Positions 18,923-27,299 of a DNA stretch of 32,000 nucleotides are shown one piece after another (position 1 is the first letter of the stretch; the number at the start of each line of letters is the position of its first letter). Both the position numbers and the translations under genes were made by a program. The notes under the pieces are model-generated. The model was not told the origin of the DNA, did not search any database, and worked only from the letters and a program-made list of their open reading frames with translations. Source of the stretch: Xylanibacter ruminicola 23 (GTDB lineage Bacteria; Bacteroidota; Bacteroidia; Bacteroidales; Bacteroidaceae). The stretch lies in the NCBI RefSeq assembly GCF_000025925.1, contig NC_014033.1, forward strand, positions 2,940,001-2,972,000, given 5' to 3'.

Positions 18923-20350
18923 TTATTTAATATTATCTACGATGTTACCGATACGGCTCCAGCGAATGCCGCCAAATCCGTTGCGGTCGGGATCGCTACT
19001 CCACCAGATGAAGATAGGCTTACCCACAATATGATCCTCGGGCACAAATCCCCAGTAACGAGAGTCGGCCGAATTATGACGGTTATCACCCATCATCCAG
19101 TAGTAATCCAGCTTAAAGGTGTACTCGTTGGCCTGCTTGCCGTTAATAAAAATCTTGCCTTCGCGAACCTGCAGGTCGTTACCCTCGTAGGCACGGATAC
19201 AGCGCTCGTAGATAGGCAGATTCTCCAGCGAGAGATGGATGCTGGCACCCTTCTTTGGAATCCAGATAGGACCGTAGTTATCGCGGGTCCAGTGGTAGTT
19301 GCCGTTCTGTGGATACAGGCTCCATGTTTCGCGGTCGTAATGGAAAGCGATGCTCTCCAGCAGGTCGCCGCATTGTTTCATCTCGCTCACCACGCGATTG
19401 GTAAGTGGCATGTAACCATTATTGTTAAGCGATACCAGTTCCTCCTGGGTAATGCCCCACTTCTCCATCTCCTCGTCGGTAAAATGGCGCTTCAGGCGCA
19501 GTTCGTAGGTGTACTGCACGTTGTCGGGCTCCTTGTTGGCCTTGCCGTCCAGATATACCACATGGTCCTTAATCTGCAAAGTTTGTCCGGGCAATCCCAC
19601 ACAACGCTTTACATAGTTCTCACGACGGTCGGTTGGACGGGTAGCAATCTCGCCAAACTCCTGTGGGTGGTCGGCGATAATCTTCTTACCTGTCTCATAG
19701 ATATCGGCGTACAGCTTCAGTCGCTGCTCGGCTGAAAGGTTATCGGGGTTGGGCATGTTGGGATAGTTGCCAACACCGTAGCCGTAGCACAGGTTGTAAT
19801 ATTCGGTCTGATACTGCAGGGCGGTACAGATGGTATCGCCGGCAGGATAGTTGAACACTACGATATCGTTCAGCTGCACGTTACCCAAGCCTTTTACACG
19901 ACGATACTCCCAGTGTGGCCACTCAATGTAGCTCTTGCACTCTACCACAGGCAGGGTGTGCTGGGTAAGAGGCATCGTCAAGGGTGTCTGAGGAATACGT
20001 GGACCGTAGCTTACCTTTGATACAAACAGGTAATCGCCTGTCAACAGCGACTTTTCCAAAGAACTTGATGGAATCACGTAGTTCTGGAAGAAGAACTGGT
20101 TGATGAAGTAAACGGCCACCAGCGCAAACACCAGGGCATCGATCCACGACATTACAAACTTAACGGGCTTTTCGGCCTCTTTCCACCACTGCCACTTTAT
20201 CTTTTTGGTAATGTACACGTCAAAGATAAATGGTATTACCAGCAGTCCCCACCAGCTGCCAACCCAATACAGGAAGAGCAGATACAGCACCAGCACGCCA
20301 ATAAACTTGACCCACTGCACCTTGGGGTCGAATTCTTTCTTTTTTACCAT
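18923..20350 (-). CDS. lepB: Signal peptidase I (S26 family)
   Basis: 475 aa with N-terminal TM segments. The catalytic Ser region is IPSSSLEKSLLTGDYLFVSKVSYG and the Lys/box E region is MGDNRHNSADSRYWGFVPEDHIVGKP. Confidence 0.9.
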   Translation of the reverse strand: MVKKKEFDPKVQWVKFIGVLVLYLLFLYWVGSWWGLLVIPFIFDVYITKKIKWQWWKEAEKPVKFVMSWIDALVFALVAVYFINQFFFQNYVIPSSSLEKSLLTGDYLFVSKVSYGPRIPQTPLTMPLTQHTLPVVECKSYIEWPHWEYRRVKGLGNVQLNDIVVFNYPAGDTICTALQYQTEYYNLCYGYGVGNYPNMPNPDNLSAEQRLKLYADIYETGKKIIADHPQEFGEIATRPTDRRENYVKRCVGLPGQTLQIKDHVVYLDGKANKEPDNVQYTYELRLKRHFTDEEMEKWGITQEELVSLNNNGYMPLTNRVVSEMKQCGDLLESIAFHYDRETWSLYPQNGNYHWTRDNYGPIWIPKKGASIHLSLENLPIYERCIRAYEGNDLQVREGKIFINGKQANEYTFKLDYYWMMGDNRHNSADSRYWGFVPEDHIVGKPIFIWWSSDPDRNGFGGIRWSRIGNIVDNIK

Positions 20351-20362
20351 TATTGCTAAGGC

Positions 20363-21079
20363 TTAGAATTTAAACATATCGCTGATGGTGAGCAGTCCCT
20401 GATGCTGACTTGTGTACTCGGCTGCCAGCACGGCTCCCAGGGCAAAACCCTTACGACTGTGGGCATCGTGAGTGATGGTAATCAGGTCGGCATCGCTATC
20501 ATAGCGGATAGTGTGGATACCAGGCACCTCGCCACGACGGATATGATCCACACGCAGGTACTTCTTGTCGGTAGTATCCTCTTTCCAAGCTTCCTTGCGG
20601 TCGATGTTATCTACAATCTCTTCGGCCAGTGTGATGGCAGTTCCGCTGGGATGGTCGAGCTTGTGCACATGATGTGTCTCCTCCATCTCCACATCGTACT
20701 GTGGGAACTGGTTCATAATCTTAGCCAGATAGCGGTTTACGGCAGAGAAAATGGCCACACCGATTGAGAAGTTCGACGCCCAGAAGAGTGTTTTACCCTC
20801 CTCATTGCAAGCCTTGCGCACCTCGTCGCCATGCTCGGTCATCCATCCGGTTGAACCACTAACAACTTTTACGCCCTTAGCCCACGCCTTAAGATAGTTG
20901 CCATAGGCAGCCTGTGGGGCCGTAAACTCGATGGCCACATCGGCCGATGCGAACTCAGGCGAATCGAAATCCTGCTGATTATCGATGTCGATAATACTTA
21001 CAATCTCATGACCACGGTCGAGGGCTATCTGTTCAATCATCTTACCCATCTTGCCGTAGCCGATTAAAGCTATTTTCAT
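20363..21079 (-). CDS. dapB: 4-hydroxy-tetrahydrodipicolinate reductase
   Basis: 238 aa with a dinucleotide-binding N-terminus (MKIALIGYGKMGK) and the DapB signature EETHHVHKLDHPSGTA. Confidence 0.95.
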   Translation of the reverse strand: MKIALIGYGKMGKMIEQIALDRGHEIVSIIDIDNQQDFDSPEFASADVAIEFTAPQAAYGNYLKAWAKGVKVVSGSTGWMTEHGDEVRKACNEEGKTLFWASNFSIGVAIFSAVNRYLAKIMNQFPQYDVEMEETHHVHKLDHPSGTAITLAEEIVDNIDRKEAWKEDTTDKKYLRVDHIRRGEVPGIHTIRYDSDADLITITHDAHSRKGFALGAVLAAEYTSQHQGLLTISDMFKF

Positions 21080-21101
21080 AATTAATTCGAATTAAAACGC
21101 C

Positions 21102-21109
21102 GCAAAGAT
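21102..21109 (-). promoter_or_regulatory. -7 promoter box (TATCTTTG on the minus strand) for the dapB-lepB-wbqC string
   Basis: Plus-strand CAAAGATA lies 23 nt upstream of the dapB ATG. The 12-mer GCCGCAAAGATA is identical to the one at the susC promoter (14365-14376). Confidence 0.5.
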
Positions 21110-21160
21110 ACTACTTTTTAGTCAACAAACACCCATTTTCAACAGAAAATAACTAAAAAA

Positions 21161-21192
21161 TTTGCTGATATTAAAATAATGTAATACTTTTG
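21161..21192 (+). promoter_or_regulatory. Canonical Bacteroidetes promoter for the pan/coa operon
   Basis: TTTG (21161-21164), then 20 nt, then TACTTTTG (21185-21192). It lies 37 nt upstream of panB ATG 21229. Confidence 0.6.
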
Positions 21193-21228
21193 CACCCTCA
21201 AAGGGAGTATAGAATTCTATTTCAGGAA

Positions 21229-22080
21229 ATGAGAAAATCTATTTTTGACTTACTAGAACGTAAGGGAAAGCAGCCTGTCAGCATGCTGACGGCTTATGAT
21301 TATCATACAGCTTGCACAATTGATGAAGCTGGAATCGACATGATTTTGGTTGGCGATTCGCTCGGCAACGTGATGCTGGGTTATGAAAATACACTTGCAG
21401 TAACAGTTGATGACATGATTCATCACGGTGCAGCCGTGTGCCGTGGTGCCAAGCAGGCATTCGTGGTTATCGATATGCCGTTTATGTCATATCAAGTATC
21501 GGTAGAGGATGCTGTACGCAATGCCGGACGTATCGTAAAAGAAACTAACTGTCAGGCAGTTAAGCTCGAGGGCGGCGTAGAATATGCCGACCGTATCAAG
21601 GCTATCGTACAGGCAGGCATCCCTGTCGTGGCACATATCGGACTCACACCACAATCTGTTAATGCCATGGGTGGCTACAAGGTTCAGGGCAAATCGCTCG
21701 AACAGGCCAAGAAGCTTCTGGCTGATGCTAAAGCTGTAGAAGAGGCTGGTGCATTTGCCATCACATTGGAGTGTGTGCCTGCAGAATTGGCTAAGCTCGT
21801 CACCTCACAGACCAAGGCATTGACCATTGGTATCGGAGCTGGTAATGGCTGCGACGGCCAGGTGTTGGTTTATCAGGATATGCTGGGCTATAACAATGGC
21901 TTCATACCTAAGTTCGTGAAGAAATATGCCGACTTGCACAGTGTGATGCTTGAGGCTTTTAAACAATATAAACAAGAGTGTGAAGAGCGTACCTTCCCAG
22001 CAGCAGGACATACCTATGCCATCAGCGAAGAGGTGATGCAGGCGCTTTTTGAAACGGAGTTAGAAGAAGTAAGAAGATAA
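21229..22080 (+). CDS. panB: 3-methyl-2-oxobutanoate hydroxymethyltransferase
   Basis: I moved the start to ATG 21229 because the track start at 21190 is a TTG inside the promoter. PanB motifs are present: MLTAYDY, MILVGDSLGNVMLGYENTL, AVKLEGG. Confidence 0.95.
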   Translation: MRKSIFDLLERKGKQPVSMLTAYDYHTACTIDEAGIDMILVGDSLGNVMLGYENTLAVTVDDMIHHGAAVCRGAKQAFVVIDMPFMSYQVSVEDAVRNAGRIVKETNCQAVKLEGGVEYADRIKAIVQAGIPVVAHIGLTPQSVNAMGGYKVQGKSLEQAKKLLADAKAVEEAGAFAITLECVPAELAKLVTSQTKALTIGIGAGNGCDGQVLVYQDMLGYNNGFIPKFVKKYADLHSVMLEAFKQYKQECEERTFPAAGHTYAISEEVMQALFETELEEVRR

Positions 22081-22086
22081 GAAAAT

Positions 22087-22932
22087 ATGAAAGTTGTTAA
22101 GACAGTAAAGGAGGTAAGAGAGATTGTAGCCGGTTGGCGTAAAGAAGGACTCACCGTAGGACTGGTGCCTACGATGGGATTCCTACACGAGGGTCATCAG
22201 AGCCTCATCCGCAAGTCGGCCAGTCAGAACGACCGCACGGTGGTTTCGGTTTTCGTTAACCCCATCCAGTTCGGTCCTAACGAGGATCTGGAGGCTTATC
22301 CACGCGATTTGAACCGCGATATGCAGAAGGTTGAAGAGGCTGGTGGCAACCTGATTTTCAACCCCGAGCCCGCCGAGATGTATCCTGGCCACTTTACATC
22401 GTTTATCGATACCACCGAGACTACCGAGCTGCTTTGTGGTGCCGTTCGCCCCGTTCACTTCCGTGGTGTGTGCACCGTAGTAGGTAAGCTCTTTAATATT
22501 GTTTGTCCCGATCGTGCTTACTTCGGACAGAAGGATGCCCAGCAGCTGGCTACCGTTAAGCGTTTTGTGCGCGATCTTAACTTCCCCGTTGAGATTGTGC
22601 CCTGCCCTATCGTTCGCGAGGACGACGGACTGGCCAAATCGAGCCGTAACACTTACCTGAATGCCGACGAGCGCCAGGCAGCGCTGATTCTTTCAAAGAG
22701 CTTGAAGCTGGGTAAGCAGGCTATCGAGGCTGGCGAGCGCGACGCTCAGAAGGTGATCGACATCATCCGAAAGAATCTGGAGACCGAGCCTATGGCCCGT
22801 ATCGACTATGTTGAGGTGGTTGATTTCGAAAATATCCAGCGCACAGCCAGTATCCAGGGCGAGGTTCTGGTTGCCATCGCCGTTTATATCGGTAAGACCC
22901 GACTGATTGATAATTTCATCGTAAATATTTAA
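22087..22932 (+). CDS. panC: Pantoate--beta-alanine ligase
   Basis: 281 aa with [14 protein letters not shown] (HxGH) and YFGQKDAQQ motifs. It starts 6 nt after the panB stop. Confidence 0.95.
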   Translation: MKVVKTVKEVREIVAGWRKEGLTVGLVPTMGFLHEGHQSLIRKSASQNDRTVVSVFVNPIQFGPNEDLEAYPRDLNRDMQKVEEAGGNLIFNPEPAEMYPGHFTSFIDTTETTELLCGAVRPVHFRGVCTVVGKLFNIVCPDRAYFGQKDAQQLATVKRFVRDLNFPVEIVPCPIVREDDGLAKSSRNTYLNADERQAALILSKSLKLGKQAIEAGERDAQKVIDIIRKNLETEPMARIDYVEVVDFENIQRTASIQGEVLVAIAVYIGKTRLIDNFIVNI

Positions 22933-22939
22933 GATAGGT

Positions 22940-23329
22940 ATGGATATAACACTGCTGAAGGCAAAGATACATCGTGCTGTGGTTACCCAGGCCGATCTGG
23001 ATTACGTGGGCAGTATCACTATCGACTCCGACTTGCTGCGCGAGAGTGGCATTCTGGAGTACGAGAAAGTAGAGATTGCCGATATCGACAACGGCAGTCG
23101 CTTTGCCACCTATGCCATTGCTGGCGAGGCCGGATCGGGCATTATCTGCCTGAACGGTGCCGCTGCCAAGTGCGTGAACGTAGGCGACAAGGTGATTATC
23201 ATGGCCTATGCCACGATGACGCCTGAGGAGGCCCGCGACCACAAGCCTACTGTGCTGTTTGTAGATGAGCACAACAAGGTGGTTCGCAAGGCCAACTACG
23301 AGAAGCACGGCCTGCTGGTTGAACAGTAA
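22940..23329 (+). CDS. panD: Aspartate 1-decarboxylase proenzyme
   Basis: 129 aa. [25 protein letters not shown] includes the Gly-Ser self-cleavage, pyruvoyl-forming site. Confidence 0.95.
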   Translation: MDITLLKAKIHRAVVTQADLDYVGSITIDSDLLRESGILEYEKVEIADIDNGSRFATYAIAGEAGSGIICLNGAAAKCVNVGDKVIIMAYATMTPEEARDHKPTVLFVDEHNKVVRKANYEKHGLLVEQ

Positions 23330-23341
23330 AAACATAAAGAT

Positions 23342-24532
23342 ATGCTGACGGGAAAGACCATCGTACTGGGCGTTACGGGCGGTATTGCTGCCTACAAGAG
23401 CGCCAATCTGGCTTCGATGCTCATTAAGCTGCATGCCGATGTGCATGTGATTATGACGCAGAACGCCACCAAGTTTATTACGCCCATGACGTTCGAAACG
23501 CTTACCAACAATAAGTGCATTGTTGATACCTTCGACCGCAACTTTTCGTTCGATGTCAAGCATGTATCGCTGGCCAAGCGCGGCGATCTTTTTGTGGTGG
23601 CTCCCTGTACAGCAAATGTCATCGGCAAACTGGCTCACGGCATCTGCGACGACATGCTCACCACCACCATGCTGGCCACTCGCGCTCCCAAACTGATTGC
23701 GCCCGCCATGAATACCGGCATGTGGGAGAACCCCATCCTGCAGGATAATCTTACCAAGCTGAAGGGCTATGGTTATCATATCATCGATCCTATCATAGGC
23801 CGACTGGCTTGTGGCGATACGGGCACAGGCAAGATGCAGGCAGAAGAGGTGATCGTAGAGCATATCCTGGCATTTATGGCCAAGGAAAAGGACCTTGCAG
23901 GCAAGCGCTATCTCATTACCGCAGGCCCTACACAAGAGGCTATCGACCCCGTGCGCTATATCACCAACCACTCATCGGGCAAAATGGGCTACGCCATCGC
24001 TAAAATGGCCCGTTTGCGCGGCGCTCAGGTCACACTGGTGTCAGGTCCCGTTAACATCAAGCCTTTCTGTGGCGTAGATGTGGTGCCTGTTAAGAGCGCA
24101 GCCGATATGTTCGAGGCTGTTACCAGCCGTAGCGCTGAGGCCGATGTGGTGATTATGTGCAGCGCTGTGGCCGACTACACACCCGCCGTTTATGCCGACC
24201 AGAAGGTGAAAAAGCACGACGGCGACCTACAGATTGAACTCAAACGAACACAAGATATTCTTGGTTGGCTGGGCGAACATAAGCCCGCCAAGCAGACTTT
24301 GGTGGGATTCTCGATGGAGACAGAGAATCTGATTGAGAACTCGCGCGCCAAGCTCCTGAAGAAGCATGCCCAGCTGATTTGCGCCAACTCGATTGCTGGC
24401 GGCAATACGGGCTTTGCAGTTGATACCAACAAGGTTACGCTCATCAGCAGCCAGGAGGTAAAAGAACTGCCACTCTGCTCGAAGGAGGAAACAGCCGACC
24501 TGATTATCGACCATATCCAAACCCTTGCGTAA
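23342..24532 (+). CDS. coaBC: Bifunctional phosphopantothenoylcysteine decarboxylase / phosphopantothenate--cysteine ligase
   Basis: 396 aa. The N-terminal flavoprotein domain has GVTGGIAAYKS and PAMNTGMWENP. The C-terminal CoaB domain has ITAGPTQEAIDPVRYITNHSSGKMG. Confidence 0.95.
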   Translation: MLTGKTIVLGVTGGIAAYKSANLASMLIKLHADVHVIMTQNATKFITPMTFETLTNNKCIVDTFDRNFSFDVKHVSLAKRGDLFVVAPCTANVIGKLAHGICDDMLTTTMLATRAPKLIAPAMNTGMWENPILQDNLTKLKGYGYHIIDPIIGRLACGDTGTGKMQAEEVIVEHILAFMAKEKDLAGKRYLITAGPTQEAIDPVRYITNHSSGKMGYAIAKMARLRGAQVTLVSGPVNIKPFCGVDVVPVKSAADMFEAVTSRSAEADVVIMCSAVADYTPAVYADQKVKKHDGDLQIELKRTQDILGWLGEHKPAKQTLVGFSMETENLIENSRAKLLKKHAQLICANSIAGGNTGFAVDTNKVTLISSQEVKELPLCSKEETADLIIDHIQTLA

Positions 24533-24535
24533 CGT

Positions 24536-25294
24536 ATGCATATACTCATAGATATCGGCAATTCTACCGTGGTAGTTGCTTTGGCTGATGACCAAGGTAA
24601 CATCGCCGACACATGGCGTTTCAAGACCAAGAAGGAAGAAACAGCCAGTTTTTATCGCTACGAACTGCGCCAAGGTCTGCGCAAATATGGTGTTGAGGCG
24701 GCTGATATCCAAAAAATCACCATCTCGTCGGTAGTTCCCGAGGTGAACGATGATATGGCCCAGGCCATTACCGACCTGACGGGCTTGCAGCCCCATTTCT
24801 TCTCGATTGCCGATGCACAGGGCATTATCTCGATAGATGTAGAATCGCCCACCCAGTTGGGTAAGGATCGTCTGGCCGACGCCATCGGTGCTGCCTGCTG
24901 CTATGGTGTGCCCGCCATCGTCATCGACTTTGGCACAGCTACCACCATCGGCGTTATCGACGAAAACCGAGTGTTCCGCGGCGGCATCATCATCCCCGGC
25001 GTTAAAACCTCGATGAACGCTCTGAGCGCCCGTGCCTCGCAGCTGCCCGCCATCACCATCGAGAAGCCTCAGCATCTGATTGGTCGCAACACCCTTGAGT
25101 GCATGCAGAGCGGCATTGTTAACGGCACTGCTGCCATGATTGACGGACTTATCCATCAACTGCTGCCCACCCTAAACGGCGAGCCCCACATCATTGCCAC
25201 TGGCGGCATGTCGCGCACCATCGCTCAGCATTGCCACCACCAAATCACCATCGACCCCTACCTCCTCTTCAAAGGCCTGTTCCAGGCCAAATAA
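24536..25294 (+). CDS. coaX: Type III pantothenate kinase
   Basis: 252 aa with ILIDIGNSTVVV (phosphate-1 motif) and DFGTATTI. It starts 3 nt after the coaBC stop. Confidence 0.9.
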   Translation: MHILIDIGNSTVVVALADDQGNIADTWRFKTKKEETASFYRYELRQGLRKYGVEAADIQKITISSVVPEVNDDMAQAITDLTGLQPHFFSIADAQGIISIDVESPTQLGKDRLADAIGAACCYGVPAIVIDFGTATTIGVIDENRVFRGGIIIPGVKTSMNALSARASQLPAITIEKPQHLIGRNTLECMQSGIVNGTAAMIDGLIHQLLPTLNGEPHIIATGGMSRTIAQHCHHQITIDPYLLFKGLFQAK

Positions 25295-25327
25295 CTTAAA
25301 TCTTGTTAATATTCTAAAGTTTTAGAG
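25295..25327 (+). repeat. Left copy of a ~33-bp direct repeat bracketing blaI-blaR1
   Basis: CTTAAATCTTGTTAATATTCTAAAGTTTTAGAG starts immediately after the coaX stop codon and includes operator O1. Confidence 0.7.
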
Positions 25328-25392
25328 TAAAATATTTGCTTGTTCTAAAAACTTAGAGTACATTTGCCAACGGTAATTCTAAAAACTTAGAA
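25312..25392 (+). promoter_or_regulatory. Three 16-bp palindromic operator-like sites (TTCTAA-N4-TTAGAR), candidate BlaI-family repressor binding sites
   Basis: O1 is TTCTAAAGTTTTAGAG (25312-25327). O2 is TTCTAAAAACTTAGAG (25343-25358) and abuts the -7 box. O3 is TTCTAAAAACTTAGAA (25377-25392), a perfect palindrome that ends 1 nt before the ATG. Spacing is 31 and 34 bp. Confidence 0.55.
25335..25366 (+). promoter_or_regulatory. Canonical Bacteroidetes promoter for blaI/blaR1
   Basis: TTTG (25335-25338), then 20 nt, then TACATTTG (25359-25366). It lies 28 nt upstream of ATG 25394. Confidence 0.6.
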
Positions 25393-25393
25393 T

Positions 25394-25768
25394 ATGAAAG
25401 AAAAGAAACAATTGACTAAGGCTGAAACGCAAGTAATGAACATACTCTGGTCGTTGCCAGAGAGTAAGGGTTATTCGGCTGAGATTATGGAGAAATTCCC
25501 TGAGCCCAAGCCTGCTCTTACCACGCTGCTCACATTCTTGAAGATACTCAAGGAGAAAGGCTTTGTGAGCTCGGAAAAGATAGGAAAAGCACAGCTTTTC
25601 AGCACCACCATCAGCAAAGAGGATTACACACGCGCCTATATGAAAGAGGTGAAGAATACATTCTTTGGTGGCTCGTTCGCCTCACTCGTTTCGTTCTTTG
25701 CCAAGGATGAGCAGCTGAGCGACGATGAGGTTAGTGAGATTATGGAAATCATAAAGAATCGCAAGTAA
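25394..25768 (+). CDS. BlaI/MecI/CopY-family winged-helix transcriptional repressor
   Basis: 124 aa. The N-terminal wHTH (LTKAETQVMNILW...) and the size are typical of the family. Its stop overlaps the start of an M56 peptidase gene as TAATG. Confidence 0.85.
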   Translation: MKEKKQLTKAETQVMNILWSLPESKGYSAEIMEKFPEPKPALTTLLTFLKILKEKGFVSSEKIGKAQLFSTTISKEDYTRAYMKEVKNTFFGGSFASLVSFFAKDEQLSDDEVSEIMEIIKNRK

Positions 25769-27126
25769 TGACTGAATTTCTGACCTACGACCTGAAGGTA
25801 GCCGTGCTGATAGCGGTATTCTATTTCTGCTATCGTCTGCTGATGGAACGCGAAACGTTTCACAGGCTTAATCGTATAGTGCTGTTATCGTCCATCGCAC
25901 TCTCGCTCGTTCTGCCCCTTTGTGTTATCACTTTCCATGAAACGGTAGAGGTAGAACAAACGACAGCAACGGCTAATCCTAACCCACAATCGCCCATTAC
26001 GGATATGTCAGCCGTAACAGCCGCAGATAGCGTGCAGATGGCTCCTGTTGATCAGTCAGCCGTTATCTTTGCCATCTTTATAATTGGTGTACTTTGTAGA
26101 TTGTTCTTTATAGCCAACAGTTATCGGCTTTTGCGCCGAATTATTAGTGATAGTGAGCAACATACGTTGGAGGATGATGTAACGCTGGCAGTTGTCGACC
26201 TGCCTGTTGCACCGTTCTCGTGGATGCGTACCATCGTGTTAAGCCGGATTGACTACGATGAGCGCAACCCTTCGATACTTGCCCACGAGCGTGGACATAT
26301 CCGCCTGCATCACAGCTGGGATATCGTCTTCGTCGAAATGCTTACGGCCCTGCAATGGTTCAATCCTGTGGTATGGCTCCTGCGTCGCGACCTGCGAACC
26401 GTCCATGAGTACGAAGCCGATGCATCCGTCCTCTCGTCAGACTCAGACGTGAGTCAATACATTCAACTACTGATGCGGAAGGCGATGGGTACAAAGGCCA
26501 GTATCCTAGCCAATGGCATCAACAACAGCACCATTAAAAAACGAATTTTCATGATGTTAAAACATAAGTCAAACAGGCGAGCATGGCTCAAAGCCCTTTA
26601 TATCGCCCCCATAGTAGCAGTATCGTTGGTAGCAACGGCAAAGACGGTGACTGAGTTTAAGCCCAAACCAGCCAATCCTGTTACGCCCACCGCTGTCTCG
26701 AACGACACTATAAACAAAAGTAACACACTCGTATGGGTGTTAACCGATGAGGAGAAAAAGCAAGCCAAGACAATAACTCCTGGAGCACCTGGCTCTATCA
26801 ATATCAGCGCGGCTATACACGACAATGGTGTCAAGCAGAATTTCGATGGTTCCTGCTATATAGTCCGTGTACCAAAGGGTTGCTGGATAGAAGACGACGA
26901 AGATTCCTGGATAGAAGTAAGCTGGGACAGATTCTTATTCGCTGGCAAGACCACCAAGATACAGCTCGATGGTGTACCTTTCGATGAGAATAGCGCACCC
27001 AAATTGCATTATTCTGTCCTCAAGAAAATCGAAAACCACCGCAAAGGCAATGTCAACGTGGTAAATCTGATTACCAAGCCCGTATCCATTCCATCGGGTA
27101 TAAAGAATAACGCGTCAAAAAAATAA
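25768..27126 (+). CDS. BlaR1/MecR1-like M56-family membrane metalloprotease signal transducer
   Basis: 452 aa with N-terminal TM helices, the zinc motif HERGHIRLHH (HExxH) and EYEAD downstream. The C-terminal ~170 aa are extracytoplasmic and not recognisable to me. Confidence 0.85.
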   Translation: MTEFLTYDLKVAVLIAVFYFCYRLLMERETFHRLNRIVLLSSIALSLVLPLCVITFHETVEVEQTTATANPNPQSPITDMSAVTAADSVQMAPVDQSAVIFAIFIIGVLCRLFFIANSYRLLRRIISDSEQHTLEDDVTLAVVDLPVAPFSWMRTIVLSRIDYDERNPSILAHERGHIRLHHSWDIVFVEMLTALQWFNPVVWLLRRDLRTVHEYEADASVLSSDSDVSQYIQLLMRKAMGTKASILANGINNSTIKKRIFMMLKHKSNRRAWLKALYIAPIVAVSLVATAKTVTEFKPKPANPVTPTAVSNDTINKSNTLVWVLTDEEKKQAKTITPGAPGSINISAAIHDNGVKQNFDGSCYIVRVPKGCWIEDDEDSWIEVSWDRFLFAGKTTKIQLDGVPFDENSAPKLHYSVLKKIENHRKGNVNVVNLITKPVSIPSGIKNNASKK

Positions 27127-27147
27127 CCCCAATCATTACCATGCTTA

Positions 27148-27198
27148 CCCCCTCGCCCGCTGAAGGTTTTCTTCTCTCTCTCCATCAGCAGCGAGGGG
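27148..27198 (+). terminator. Long-loop GC hairpin after blaR1 (possible terminator)
   Basis: CCCCTCGC (27148-27155) pairs with GCGAGGGG (27191-27198), and an inner GCTGA/TCAGC pairing adds to it. The loop is pyrimidine-rich. The hairpin is followed by CTTAAATCTTGTTATTATT, with no clean U-tract. Confidence 0.35.
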
Positions 27199-27231
27199 CT
27201 TAAATCTTGTTATTATTCTAAATTTTAAGAT
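27199..27231 (+). repeat. Right copy of the ~33-bp direct repeat
   Basis: CTTAAATCTTGTTATTATTCTAAATTTTAAGAT has about 29 of 33 positions identical to 25295-25327. It retains the left operator half-site TTCTAA, but the right half is degenerate. Confidence 0.7.
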
Positions 27232-27264
27232 ATTTCTTTGGATTTTTTTATTTTTGCCGAATTA

Positions 27265-27296
27265 TTTGTTTGGATAATTTCTTTTTTGTATATCTG
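27265..27296 (+). promoter_or_regulatory. Candidate promoter P1 upstream of the GC-rich block
   Basis: TTTG (27265-27268), then 20 nt, then TATATCTG (27289-27296), which has one mismatch to TAnnTTTG. The -33 context CGAATTATTTG is duplicated at P2 (CGAATAATTATTTG). Confidence 0.35.
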
Positions 27297-27299
27297 CCG

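Noticed and set aside
18518-19735. 405-aa ORF on the plus strand
   Set aside because: It spans the wbqC/lepB junction on the opposite strand, and both of those genes have clear family signatures. Shadow ORF.
22916-23971. 351-aa ORF on the minus strand
   Set aside because: It is antisense to panD and coaBC, which carry unmistakable motifs. Shadow ORF.
24227-25159. 310-aa ORF on the minus strand
   Set aside because: It is antisense to coaBC and coaX. Shadow ORF.
27249-27256. TATTTTTG as an additional -7 box
   Set aside because: It matches TAnnTTTG but has no TTTG at the 20-nt upstream spacing that the other promoters in this window share. It also sits in a T-rich run where chance matches are likely.
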